Origin: Nitrospirota bacterium
GTDB taxonomy: Bacteria; Nitrospirota; UBA9217
Assembly (NCBI GenBank): GCA_963818475.1
Contig: CAWFSF010000006.1
Location: 896,001-960,000, forward strand
Direction: 5' to 3'
DNA length: 64,000 nucleotides
Shown here: in pieces, positions 1 through 11,378 of the stretch
Position numbering within the stretch: position 1 is the first letter of the stretch
Layout of the letters: each line of letters opens with the position of its first letter
Notes under the pieces: model-generated
Told to the model about the DNA's origin: nothing
The model's input: the letters and a program-made list of their open reading frames with translations, nothing else
The model's database searches: none
Made by a program: the position numbers and the translations under genes

Positions 1-3000
1 GAGGAAAAATTCCCGCTTCTCGATACGGTACGCCGCTGGGTGGCACCTTACGACGGCACCGTGAAAATCGATGCCCCGGTGACTCTTATCAAGGACCCCA
101 AGAAAAAACCGGACTATAAGGACGATGGCGTACAGGTCGCGATACAGCTGGAAGGAGCGGAATTGTGGTCCACGCAGACGATCTCGGTAGAGCCCACAGA
201 TCCGAGGTCCGCGCGGATCCTTGCCAACGACTACGATACAGTGCATACGCCGGTCGGGGTGGACAGCGTTCCGGTCCATCGCGGAGACCGGCTCTACTTC
301 CGGGTGCAATCCGTGTACAACGGCCTCTATGATCAGGTCTCGTGGGACCCCATAATCACCTATCTTGCTGGTGACACGGCCCGCACGGACGCGAACGGTC
401 TTACCGAGTATGTCTATCAGGCCTCGAAGGAGTTCACGCTTGCAGGCCGCCGGGGCAAGCTCACGATGCCGATTACCGGCACCGTGCACCTGGGCGGAGA
501 ATTGAAGAAGACTAAAACGACCTCGGATGACGTTTCGATCTCGATCACGCAGAACGGAACAGAAGTGTACAGAAACACTGTCCCCTGGGACGAGACCGGC
601 ACCTTCAACGTCTCCCAGGATATTAGCGTTAAGCAGAAAGACGAACTCGTGTGGCGCGTCCTGGCCGATTCGCAGGTCGATGCGCAGTTCGATGCCTCGA
701 ATGTAACATTCAAACCTAGCATGTACTATAGCGCGGCCGACGGATATGATACGGTAACTGATAATGACGGCAAGCCGTTCATCAGTATCGATCCGCCCTA
801 TGAGATGGACCTCTATCCGGTCAACACGCTTACCGCCCCGCAGGAGTTCCTCGTAACCGCGGCGACCGGGACCCTGATCGCCGTGCCTTCTCTTGAAATT
901 AATTCCTCAATCGCTGTTCCCAGGGAGGTGGCCTTTACTGCGAAGCGCACAGGTGCATTGCTCGGGAAGGGGATCATCACGATCACCAGGGATGTTGATG
1001 GCAATCTTGTCGTTTCAGCCCCGACGCTTACATTTACTGTCGATCAGGGCGATAAGCTTTTCTTTGATTTCAGCACGCGCGACCTGACCCTTGCCGCCCA
1101 GGTAATATCGAGCAGCGTCGCCGTACATGATGAAAAGGGCAACTTTATTGATGCTCCGAGCGCCTTCCACAGCGCTGCTGCGGAAGATGTTTTCCCGGTT
1201 CCGTTCCGAGGTTGGGGCGTCGTCGGATATAACGGCAACAAGCCGCGCGACACTCAACCGATCGACCAGTCTCTCCTGGTGTTGAACGACTCTTACGATG
1301 TGAACAACGCTCGGGTCTATCCTTTCAGGCCGGTTCCTGTAGACGAAGCCTGGGGCGGGATCGACAAGAGCGCCTGGATCAAGAAAGGTGTGGTCAGCTC
1401 CTCGCGACTGGGCCTCAAAGAGATACCGTTGCTGCATTCCGATAAATTTAGCTCTTCCACAGCACCTTCGCGCATCTCGAAATCCACCAATGATTCCGGG
1501 TCGCTCATTGTCAGCGCCAGCAAAGGCCAGAGCGAAAGCCTGGTCGACTTCCAGGACATGAACGGTGATGCCTACCCCGACGTGATCGGTGGCGGCGGCG
1601 TTCAGTATACAGCGCCGACCGGAGAACTCAACGGCGGCGCGAGCGGAGGGCTCGGCTCTGCCCGGTTAAGCCGCAACGAGAGCTTCAATGTGAGACACCG
1701 ATGCGGCAGGCAACATCGCGACGTCGATTGCTAACGGCAAGGGTAACGTAGCGGCCAGCGGACAAGCCTCTGCGGGCGGCGGCTCGCAGGGCACCGACAT
1801 GCCGAGGATCGGCATGAGCGCCAACAAGGGCAACGGCACCTCAGATACCGAATACGACCTTATCGACGTCAACGGTGACGGTCTGCCGGACAAGGTGTTC
1901 AAGGGCGGCACGGTCATGCTGAACCTGGGTTACCAATTCAAGGGAGACCGGGGAGGCGTGGGAGCCGTCAACAGCGGCAGCACGGACAACGGCGGCGTAA
2001 GCATGGGTTTCCAGACCGACTGGTACAGCATGGGCGGCGGCATGAATGTCGGGCTGGACAACACGGTAAGCAGTGAAACCTACGCCGATATCAACGGCGA
2101 CGGGCTTCCTGACAAACTTAGTCCGGGCCTCGTGATGCTCAACACTGGCAGCGGATACAAGGCCATAACCTGGCCTGGTCTCGGCGAAGTGGCGCGTGAT
2201 GAGCACGTCTCCTATGGCGGCGGCGTCTACTTCACGTTTGGATTCACCATCTACGACATCATCAAGATCACGTTCAATATCGGCGTGAATATGACGAACA
2301 ATATTGGACGTCCCGAAGTGGCCTTCCGCGACATTGATGGCGACGGATATGTCGATCAACTGACCTCTACTTCAGCCGAACAATTATCAGTGGGTCGAAA
2401 TCAGATCGGCCGCACCAATATCCTTAAAACCGTGAAACGTCCGCTCGGCGGCAGCATCAGCGATCGAATACACGCGCGACGGCAATACCTATGACATGCC
2501 CCAGAGTCAGTGGACCCTTACGAAGTCGACCCTGACCGACGGCAGGAAGAACACGTACGAGACAGAGTTCGCATACAAAAACGGGTACAAGGACCGTTTT
2601 GAACGGGACTTCTACGGCTTCGAGACCGTGATCGAGAAACATGCGCCCGGTAAGTTCGACGTTTATAATAAATCGATCGAGCGCTGGATCGTGCAGACCT
2701 TCAATAATCGCGACTTCTATTTGAAGGGACTTCTGCTGGATTCGAGGACTACCGACAAGAACATGACGCATATCTGGGCCAGGACCGTCAACGAGTATAC
2801 GCTCATGCCTGTAGCGGGCTTCGACTACACTCAGTTCCCCGCCCTTTCCAGGACGGACACTTACTTCTATGACGGCAATGACAGCTCCAGCGCGAAAGAA
2901 GATGGCTTCAAGAAGAGTACCTACCAGAGGTTTGATTATGATCTCTTCGGGAATGTCAGCAAGTTCTGGGATTTCGGGGAGTTTTATCCGACGAACGATA

Positions 3001-6000
3001 TAACCGACGATATGCGCGCAGACATTGATTACTACAACGACCCGATCAAATACATCATCAAACCGCGGGAGATCAAGGTCTACGGAACCGCGAACAACAG
3101 ATCTCTTCGCTGGAGAACCTCAGGCTACGATGCAGCGGGCAATATGACAAGTCTCACGCTCCATAATACCGGTACGCCAGCGTCTGTCTCTACCATGTCC
3201 TATGATGATTACGGCAACATTCAGACCATCATAGATCCAGTTAATTACGCACTTACCTACAGCTACGATCAGACGACGTCAACGTATGTAACCGGCATCA
3301 TCGACAACTTTGCGACACCCTATTATTCCTCTGCCTCCTATAACCCGCTTTACGGGCAGATGCAGACGTCCGTTGACCTGAACATGAACATGGAGGCGAG
3401 GGGATACGACGAGTTCGGCAGGCTGATCTGCGTGTACGGACCGTATGATACGGTTCCTGTAGATCCCAACTCGTGCTCAGGCTCTCCGACCATAACCTTT
3501 GCTTACACGGCGCCTTTGGTCGCTTCGGATAATGACCTGAACGCTCCGGTCCATGCGGTTACGGTCAATAAGGCAATCTCGGCTAAGGGCACGAGCCCGA
3601 TCAACATCAAGACTGTCACGTACGCGGACGGCTTGAAACGCATCATTCAGACCAAGAAGGATGCAGATGTGTACGATGTAACGACAGGTCAGCCTGCCTA
3701 CGGTATGACCATCTCTGGTCTCGTCGCCTTCGACGAACTTGGCCGTGTTACGAGCCAGGGCCAGCCTGAATTCGAAGCTGGCTTCAATGAGGCATTCTCG
3801 GAGCTCGCAGCAACGAACCCGACATACTTCTCCTACGATATTCTCGATCGGACAACGCAGCTGCTTACACCTGATGACAAGGGGGACACGGACAGCGCCC
3901 GACCGGGCAAGTTCGCAAAAATAACGACCACGTATACGTTCGACTATTTCAACGGTAACCTCTACGCCAAGAGTGTTGTTGTAGATCCCGAAGGCAACCA
4001 TGTAATGGGCGCAAATTTCAGAGGCACCAAGGAAAGCTACCAGGACGTGGATGACCGGATCGTCGGCGTGGTCGAGTACAACAACGGCCATCTCATCAAC
4101 ACCGCTTACACCTACGATCCGCTTGGTCAGATCACCTCAGTAACGGACAACAAAGGCAATACCACCACAGTTGCCTATGACCAGGTCGGCAACAGGACTG
4201 AGATCAACAACCCGGATGCCGGCAAGACCACATACGGTTATGACGCTAACGGCAACATGACGAGCAAGCAGAACGGAAATAGCCAGAACATAGCGTACAA
4301 GTACACCTTCAACCGGTTAACTGACATAACGTACCCGCAAAGCACGACGGTGCATTATGACTACGGCCAAATGAATGAAGCCTTTAATCGCGCTGCAAGG
4401 ATCAAGCAGGTCACCGACGAGTCAGGCACCGAGTGGCGGTACTACGGCAGACTGGGCGAGACAATTCGTGAAGAGAAGATGGTGAATGCCCATACCCCGG
4501 CCGTGCAGAAGAAGAAGTATACCACTGACTACGTCTTCGACTCCTTCGGCAGAATGTGGGAGATGACCTATCCCGACGGCGAAACGCTGCACTACGCCTA
4601 CGACAAGGGCGGTCTGCTCAAGGCTGCCTGGGGCGAGAAGACGAGCAACAGGTATAACTATGTGAACAATCTCTACTATGACAAGTTTGCCCAGAGGGTC
4701 TATATCGAGTATGGGAACAAGACGAAAACAATCTACACCTACAACGACAAGACCAGAAGACTGGCAACACTCGACACGAATCTCAAGGGCGGGCAGTACA
4801 TACAGAAGCTGGGCTACACCTACGACCTTGTCGGCAACGTCAAAACTCTGCTGAACAACATCGCCATACCCACGAGCACTGCGCTCCCGGCAGGCCCTGT
4901 TCATCAAGAGTTTCTCTATGATGATCTTTACCAGATTACGAATGCAGAGGGTGGCTACACGTACAATGAGCACCCGAGGACTTCTGATGGCAAAACTACT
5001 ATCAGTCCGAATAAGTGGAATAATTATCACAACGATTTCACTTATGACACTATCGGCAACATGACCCAGAAGGTCCAGGTCAACCAGATCATTCAGCCGT
5101 CGACTACCGCGCTCCTTCCGAAGAAGACGAACTACGTGCTCAACTATGCTTATGATGCGAGCAAGCCGCATGCCGTGATTGACGATGGAGCAAAAACGTA
5201 CTCCTACGATCCGGCAGGCAACATGACCGGCTGGCAGGACAAGAACTCGGGCCAGAAGCGGACGATCAAATGGAACGAAGAGAACAGAGTTAAGGAGATC
5301 GACGACAACGGCAAGGCCACGTACTTCCTTTATGATGACGCCGGTGAACGCGTCGCCAAGAGAGGCCAGTACGGCGAGACGATCTATATCAACCGGTTCT
5401 ATGCAATAAAGAACGGAGAACTCGGAACCAAGCACGTTTTCGCCGGCGAGACGAGAGTGCTTTCGAAGGTGGTAAAGACACCGCCTACGACAACGGCAAA
5501 CAGCTCGACAACTACATCCACAACCTCGAATGTGACTTCAAGCACGACATCGACAATACCCGGCATAAACGGGTTAGACAACGGCAGGGGTAAGAAGCTC
5601 GGTATCATCAAGCGCCTGGGAGACGGTTATGTGTCAGGCATCACCCAGCCAGTCGAGAAAGATGAGTTCTATTACCATACAGACCATCTCGGCTCGAGCA
5701 ACATGATCACTGACGCATATGGCGATGTGTATCAGCATCTCGAGAACTTCCCGTATGGTGAGAGCTGGATCGAGGAAGGTGGCAGCCATGGTGGTAATCT
5801 GCCGGGATACAAGTTCACCGGCAAGGAGCTTGATCCGGAGACTAATCTGTACTATTATGGTGCACGGTACTATGATCCAGTCTTGAGCAAGTGGATTAGT
5901 GCGGATCCGATATTGGGAAAATATCTCAATGGTAAAGGAGAGAACTCGATTTATCAACCCGAAGTCCTGGCCCTCTTTAGTTATGCGCACCTTAACCCTA

Positions 6001-6659
6001 TAAAACTGATTGATCCAGATGGCAATGAACCTAATAACGCACAAGCTATTACGTGGCAACAAGCCAGGCAAATTATAATAAGCAATTCGCGAACTACAGG
6101 AAAAACAATAACACTTCAAAATCTTCTATATCTTCAAGGTGCTCGCGGCGGGAAAAAAGTCGGTCCTTTCGGTGGCGATCGCGGTGGTCGGTATGTTTGG
6201 ACTGCAAAACGAGGCTGGATGGATCTCGGTCATTTCTTTCAAGTGGCAGGAAAGGCTCAGGAAAAATTGGGATCAGCTGGGCGATTGACTGCAAAATGGA
6301 CATATCAAGGTAGGGCTGCTTTCGAAGCTGGACTTTTTGCAATGACCAGTTATGCTGAGAACAAGGATAAGGGGACAGCATCTTATAATTCCTATGAAGA
6401 TCGTCCGAGTAATAGAGCGGGAGCTGACTTTTTCTTGGGGTATTATGAGGGTGGACGGGGAAAGGAGTTACTGAAAAATCTGGACAAATTCTTCGAAGAT
6501 GCTGGAGCTGGTAGGCCTCAAGATGCAGCAAATTGGAAAAAGATGCAGGCAAGCCCTCGAACGAAACAATGGTTTGAGCAGAATGATTCGTATACGCCTA
6601 TGCTTAACCCGAGGCGAATGAATCCTCCCGTTTATCCACCAGATAAAGGAGGCCAATAA
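1..6659 (+). CDS. Large FG-GAP/TcdB-mid-like + YD/RHS repeat polymorphic toxin (5' end outside window; two apparent +1 frameshifts at ~1695 and ~2460)
   Basis: Frame open from base 1 (EEKFPLLDTVRRWVAPYDG). FG-GAP-like DxNGDGxPD repeats, YD repeats, RHS core YYHTDHLGS...YKFTGKELDPETNLYYYGARYYDP and DPDG junction. ORFs 40-1734, 1799-2494 and 2496-6659 join if one base is removed at each break. Confidence 0.9.
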
Positions 6660-7186
6660 TGAACAAAAAAATTGCAACTGCCATAATTGTAATTATTTCT
6701 TGTAGTCTAGGATTTGTTGCCGGTTACTTCACAAATTCTTTCATTCAGTTTTCTAGATCTTCGGGCATTTCCGAAAAGAGAATGAATGAACTTACTCGCG
6801 GACCATGTGAAGTACGGTTAAGAGGGATAAATGATCCTGTAATTAAATTGTTGCAAAAGGCTTATAATCTGCAAGAGACTGAACACGAAGATCTTGAGAT
6901 TAAGTCGATAAACGAATGCAGGTTTAACTATGTTTTGGAGTCAGATTTCCAAGGCGTTGCTAAAGTAATTTTTTCCCCAAGATCAAAAGGGGTCAATCGA
7001 GTTGAATTTTATAGTCGGAATGACGATTCTTTGTGGACGATGAGCGGGCCTAGTTTTGTTGCTTCCCTCTTTTCTGACGACAAACGGAACTATTTATATG
7101 ACGGATTTCGAGGCCGAATGTACGTAATGGAGAAAAATAATATTTCATCTTTTAAAGAAATCGGACAAGGGGCCCATATTAAGTAA
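6659..7186 (+). CDS. Putative immunity protein of the RHS toxin (N-terminal hydrophobic/signal segment)
   Basis: TAATG stop/start overlap with the RHS gene; AT-rich like the toxin tip; 175 aa. Confidence 0.6.
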   Translation: MNKKIATAIIVIISCSLGFVAGYFTNSFIQFSRSSGISEKRMNELTRGPCEVRLRGINDPVIKLLQKAYNLQETEHEDLEIKSINECRFNYVLESDFQGVAKVIFSPRSKGVNRVEFYSRNDDSLWTMSGPSFVASLFSDDKRNYLYDGFRGRMYVMEKNNISSFKEIGQGAHIK

Positions 7187-7187
7187 G

Positions 7188-7223
7188 ACAATCTTGGGGA
7201 CATCCTATAGCCCCCTTGTCAAG
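7188..7223. repeat. 36-bp motif ACAATCTTGGGGACAT-N-TGTCAAG (copy 1; copy 2 at 11046-11081)
   Basis: First 16 nt and last 7 nt are identical between 7188-7223 and 11046-11081; CAATCTTGGGGAC also recurs at 7227-7239. Confidence 0.8.
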
Positions 7224-7263
7224 TGGCAATCTTGGGGACGTTGTTACTTACATTGCAAAACAC

Positions 7264-7292
7264 TTGACATCGCCATTAGAAGTCGATAATAT
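7264..7292 (+). promoter_or_regulatory. Sigma70-like promoter of the RAYT gene
   Basis: TTGACA at 7264-7269 and a GATAAT/TAATAT -10-like box at 7285-7292, just before the ATG at 7299. Confidence 0.5.
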
Positions 7293-7298
7293 TCCTTC

Positions 7299-8291
7299 AT
7301 GCCGCGTCACGCTCGCTTAGACGCCCCCGGCGCCTTGCACCACATCATGGTCCGGGGGATCGATAAGTCAAACATCTTTCGCGATGCAGAGGACAAAGCC
7401 CGCTTTCTTGAGCGTCTTGGGCAAAACGTTCAGGGCTCCAAATGTTCAATATACGCCTGGGTGCTCATGGACAACCATGTTCACCTGCTATTCCGAAGCG
7501 GCCAAGACGGCATCTCAGCCGTCATGAGAAAACTCCTTACCTGGTACGCCCAATACTTTAACCGCAGGCACGGCCGGAAGGGGCATCTGTTCGAAAACCG
7601 GTACAAATCCATCCTCTGCGACGAAGACAACTATCTCCTTGCCCTTGTCCGCTACATCCATCTTAATCCCGTTCGAGCAAAAATCATCCAGACCATGGCA
7701 GAGATGGACAAATACCCCTGGAGCGGCCATCGTGCCGTGATAGAAAAGGCAAAGTACCCGTGGATGGACACGGCAACAGTATTGTCACAGTTCGGAGGCA
7801 CGAAAAGAAAAGCCAGGAATGAATATCGGCGGTTTATGCAGGAGGGCATGGATCAGGGACACGATCCCCAGTTTTCCGGCGGCGGACTTGTTCGGAGCCT
7901 CGGCGGGTGGTCCAATGTCCTCTCTATGAGACGGAAAGGCCATAAGGAGGAAACGGACGAGCGGATCCTTGGAAGCGGCGATTTCGTACATCAAGTCATA
8001 AAAGAAGCGGAAGAGAAGTCGCTGCGGCAGATGAAACTCAAAAGATCGGGGCTGACCCTGATAAAGATCGTCGAGCAGGAATGTAGAAAAGGGCAGGTCA
8101 GCCGGATGGAACTGGAGAGCGGCAGCCGGCGGTCTAAAGTAAGTCAAGCGCGTGCACAGATCGCACGACGCGGCATGAAAGAGCTCGGCCTTTCGGCCGC
8201 AGAGGTTGCGCGACATCTTGGCGTAGCCACATCAAGCATAACGCGGGCAGTTAATAAAATCGAGATTCGAGATACAATGCAACGTAAGTAA
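7299..8291 (+). CDS. REP-associated tyrosine transposase (RAYT, Y1_Tnp HUH) with C-terminal HTH
   Basis: MPRHARLDAPGALHHIMVRG, LMDNHVHLL (HUH), RYIHLNPVRA, YPWS, C-terminal HTH (LSAAEVARHLG). Confidence 0.9.
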   Translation: MPRHARLDAPGALHHIMVRGIDKSNIFRDAEDKARFLERLGQNVQGSKCSIYAWVLMDNHVHLLFRSGQDGISAVMRKLLTWYAQYFNRRHGRKGHLFENRYKSILCDEDNYLLALVRYIHLNPVRAKIIQTMAEMDKYPWSGHRAVIEKAKYPWMDTATVLSQFGGTKRKARNEYRRFMQEGMDQGHDPQFSGGGLVRSLGGWSNVLSMRRKGHKEETDERILGSGDFVHQVIKEAEEKSLRQMKLKRSGLTLIKIVEQECRKGQVSRMELESGSRRSKVSQARAQIARRGMKELGLSAAEVARHLGVATSSITRAVNKIEIRDTMQRK

Positions 8292-8907
8292 CAACGTCCC
8301 GAAAGTTCGCATTGTATGTCGTGTCTATCTGCAGTTAATAATAGAATTTCTAGCTCCGGGGTTTTCTGGCAGCGCTTGGATTCGTAATATCATTGTTTTA
8401 TGTTGGCAGAGCTGCCGAAGCCTTACGGGGCTTTAGTACGTTTCTTTTGTTCGCGTTCCTTGGAATTGCAGTTCTAAGGGCAGTCGGATTGATTTCTGGT
8501 GAGCCAGTTTCGTTCTAGGAAGAAAGAAAAGTAGGGACCCGAACGAGTTCATGCGCCATTCAAGCTACAAGGGGTCATTGGGGTCACTTCTTTACGGGTT
8601 GTTGCTCAAATGACTTTTCACAATCGGTTAAGCGCCTTGATGCAAAAAAAGTCTAAGCTAACGATAGGGAAATACCGGTTCTGTCTCTGGGGAAAGCTCA
8701 AACTGAGCGAGCCGGAGGCCTTTACCTCTGTTCTTTGAACAACGAGCTGCCTTGCTGCAGCTGCTTTCTTCGGCTTCGATACATGCGCTATCAGCACTTG
8801 GATATTTTGGATGGCACATTTTACAGTATAGATAAGGAAGCCGATAACGACAACGTATTGAAATTCATTAACACGAAAAGAACAGGATGAAAACGAGGAT
8901 ATGCAAG

Positions 8908-9308
8908 GAGCGAACTGCGGGATAATGAGACGTTCGCCAGGGCGCAGGGCGGGCGACATGTACGGACCTGGCGGCGGTCCAATGGCAACAGGAAAGGTCA
9001 TAGGTAAAGGACGACGGACTGGAGCCGCGATGTCGACATCGAGTCGCAAACGAGCGGAAGAGAAGTCAGGCGGCACAGGGAACTCGAACAGCGGGGCTGA
9101 CGCGGACAAACTCGACGGAGCGAGGAATGTAGCAAGGCCTCGTCAGCCGGCTGCGGGAGGCGAATCCCGACGGTCCAGGTACGTCAGGCCGCTCAGGGAG
9201 CAGACGCTTCTTGAAGGACTCGCATTCGGCCGGCAAAGCCCGCGCCATCGAGCCTTATCAAAACCGTATCGGGTTCCCCTGGCAAAGGAACGCTCCATTA
9301 GATGTTGT
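8908..9308. other. ~400-bp nested inverted-repeat element (structured ncRNA, MITE or attC-like site)
   Basis: Paired segments 8923-8935/9288-9300, 8936-8942/9277-9283, 8962-8971/9175-9184 and 9095-9102/9141-9148; palindrome at 9028-9041. Confidence 0.5.
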
Positions 9309-9357
9309 CTGGTTTTGATGTCATAACGTGCATTGGCTGATCGACTGATTGCACGCA

Positions 9358-10345
9358 TGCGCTCCAGGACATCCTGCCGGAGATGACGCTAGCGATTCAT
9401 ACCGGTTCCTGGCTTTACTCCGCATCGCACCGTTGTTGGTATCTTCGGTCATTGCTCGCTCGAGTGATACGACTCACTCGGCGGGGGAAAAAACAGTTTG
9501 TGGCGTCTGCAGCACGGTTCACCGGACCTTTTACGATCATAAGATCAAGCGGGTCCGTGATCTTTCTAATGGCGATGCCCGCATCTATCTGGAACTACCG
9601 GTACGACGAGTCCAGTGCCGGAGGTGCGGTAAGGTGAAACAAGAGAAGCTGGCGTTTCTGGCAGACAGTCCGTTTTATACCAAGCGCTTTGCCTTCTATA
9701 TCGGCAAGCGGTGCAGCACCTCAACGATCAAGGATGTTGCCAAAGAGTTTCATCTTGACCGAAGAGCCGTCAAAGAACTCGAAATGCAGTACATGCGGGA
9801 GAAGCTTCGTCGGGCTGGAAACCCCGGACCGAAAGTTATCGGTATCGACGAAATCTCGATCCGCAAGGGCCATACGTACCGGATCGTAGTCAGCGACCTG
9901 GAGCGGCGGCGGCCAATCTGGTTCGGAGGTGAAGACCGCTCGGAAGAAAGCCTAAACTGCTTCTTCGACGAGTTGGGGCCGAAAAAGGCTAGCAAAATAC
10001 GCCTTGCGGTCATGGACATGTGGAAGCCTTTTGAAAAGTCCACACGTCAAGAAAGCTCCGCAGGCAGCCATTCTCTACGACAAGTTCCATATCATAAGGC
10101 ACCTGAACGATGCCTTGGACAAAATTAGAAAGAGCGAATATGCCAGACTGACCGGCAACAGTCGTAAGTTCATCAAGGGTCAGAAATATACGCTTCTCTC
10201 GCATCGCGAGAATCTTACGACGGATGGGAGAAGATCGTTAAAGACGCTTTTGACTGCTAACAAGCGGCTAAACACTGCCTATATCCTTAAAGAGGAGTTC
10301 GGGCAGCTCTGGGACTATCAGTCAGAAGCCTGGGCCAGAAAGTAA
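9358..10345 (+). pseudogene. ISL3-family transposase, frameshifted and 3'-truncated
   Basis: CxxC zinc-finger motifs (CGVC, CRRC), IGIDEISIRKGHTY, VMDMWKPF, YDKFHIIRHLNDALD; ends abruptly at 10345. Confidence 0.9.
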
Positions 10346-10751
10346 AATCCTATTTGGTTCGAATCTGAAACGGATCCGTTGGCGTCAGATAACCAAATTA
10401 GGGAGGCAGAAAAACGATTAAAATTAAAATTTTCGATTGAATATGCTCAATTTTTAAAAATTATGGCGGCGGCTATTTTGCATTCGTCAATGTTTTTTCT
10501 GTTGATCCCACCAGTGAGTGGGACATAGTAAAACGTAATTCGAACATCATAGGAAAACCGACTTCCTTGCCATTCCAGACGATGAATCAGGCGGTTATTA
10601 TGGTTTTATAGTAACTAACAATGTTCGTGAATCAAAGATTGTGTACTTCGAATTTGAAGAGGGTAAGGTATTGCGTGAGCCGGTTTATGAAAATTTGTTT
10701 GACTATCTTGTCAAGGTAGGATGTAGAAAAAACGGCGAAACAAAGGAATAA
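10346..10751 (+). pseudogene. Orphan SMI1/KNR4 (SUKH) immunity protein, 5'-truncated, two frameshifts (not in ORF track)
   Basis: Manual translation: NPIWFESETDPLASDNQIREAEKRLKLKFSIEYAQFLK/YGGGYFAFVNVFSV.../DFLAIPDDESGGYYGF...IVYFEFEEG...YENLFDYL. Confidence 0.8.
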
Positions 10752-10786
10752 CGTTGGAGGGCTAATGGGGTTGTTTTGGCTCAGCG

Positions 10787-11045
10787 TGAATTGGACTTTC
10801 AGCCGATTTGAGATAAACTATCTCGAACGGAGGAAGGTCCATGCGAAAAAAGCGTCACAATTACACACCCGAGGAGAAGGTTGCGATCCTCAAGCGTCAT
10901 CTGGTCGAACAGGTCCCGATCTCAGACCTATGCGACAAGTATCAGTTGCAACCAACGGTCTTCTGCCACTGGCAGAAGCAGTTCTTTGAAAACGGTGCGG
11001 CAGCCTTCACTCAAGGCAAGGATCCCAAGCGCCAAGAAACCCAGC
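10787..11045 (+). pseudogene. IS3-family left end and truncated orfA
   Basis: MRKKRHNYTPEEKVAILKRHL...LCDKYQLQPTVFCHWQKQFFENG (HTH_Tnp_1-like) from 10841; the sequence changes at the motif starting 11046; left boundary approximate. Confidence 0.8.
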
Positions 11046-11081
11046 ACAATCTTGGGGACATACTATATAGCTCCTGTCAAG

Positions 11082-11378
11082 AGACCCTTTATTTTGCATG
11101 ATTTTCAATAAGATAATTTTCTGCATCAACTAAGAACACAGTTTTCCTTCCGGCATTCCTGCCGCTATCGCTTTATCGGCGAGTCTCTCGCATTCAGGCG
11201 AACGACGGCTTAATCGTTATATCTATCCGGCGTGCATGGCCGCCAAGAATACCTTATCCAGATTCCATCGTTCAAACGAGAGGCACTGTATTGTCCCGCA
11301 CGAGGTCAACTGCCCTCAACGTTGATGCTCGGGCTCTTGCCGAAATCGTTTTTGTGCTTCAGGATCATGCCGCTTTTT
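11082..11378 (-). ncRNA. Candidate bridge/seek RNA in the downstream non-coding end of the IS110
   Basis: Minus-strand ATCAACGTT (11318-11326) equals the left target flank (12805-12813). GGGACAATAC (11288-11297) is approximately the reverse complement of the right flank. A GAGG/CCTC stem separates them. RNA boundaries are unknown. Confidence 0.6.

Larger units (their letters stand above)
7235..8300 (+). mobile_element. RAYT (Y1 transposase) element bounded by 23-bp inverted repeats
   Basis: GGGACGTTGTTACTTACATTGCA (7235-7257) is the reverse complement of TGCAACGTAAGTAACAACGTCCC (8278-8300) with 1 mismatch. Confidence 0.8.

Noticed and set aside
1666-2500. Programmed frameshifting or three separate genes in the RHS locus
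   Set aside because: No slippery sequence or new RBS; removing one base restores continuous protein, and the same error pattern affects core genes.
8301-8890. Intact genes in the AT-rich fragments after the RAYT
   Set aside because: Only short, interrupted frames without clear starts; possibly decayed immunity genes, but not assignable.
8908-9326. Group II intron, or the 141-aa/163-aa ORFs as real genes
   Set aside because: No GUGYG start, recognisable domain V or RT gene; the ORFs are low-complexity with no motifs.
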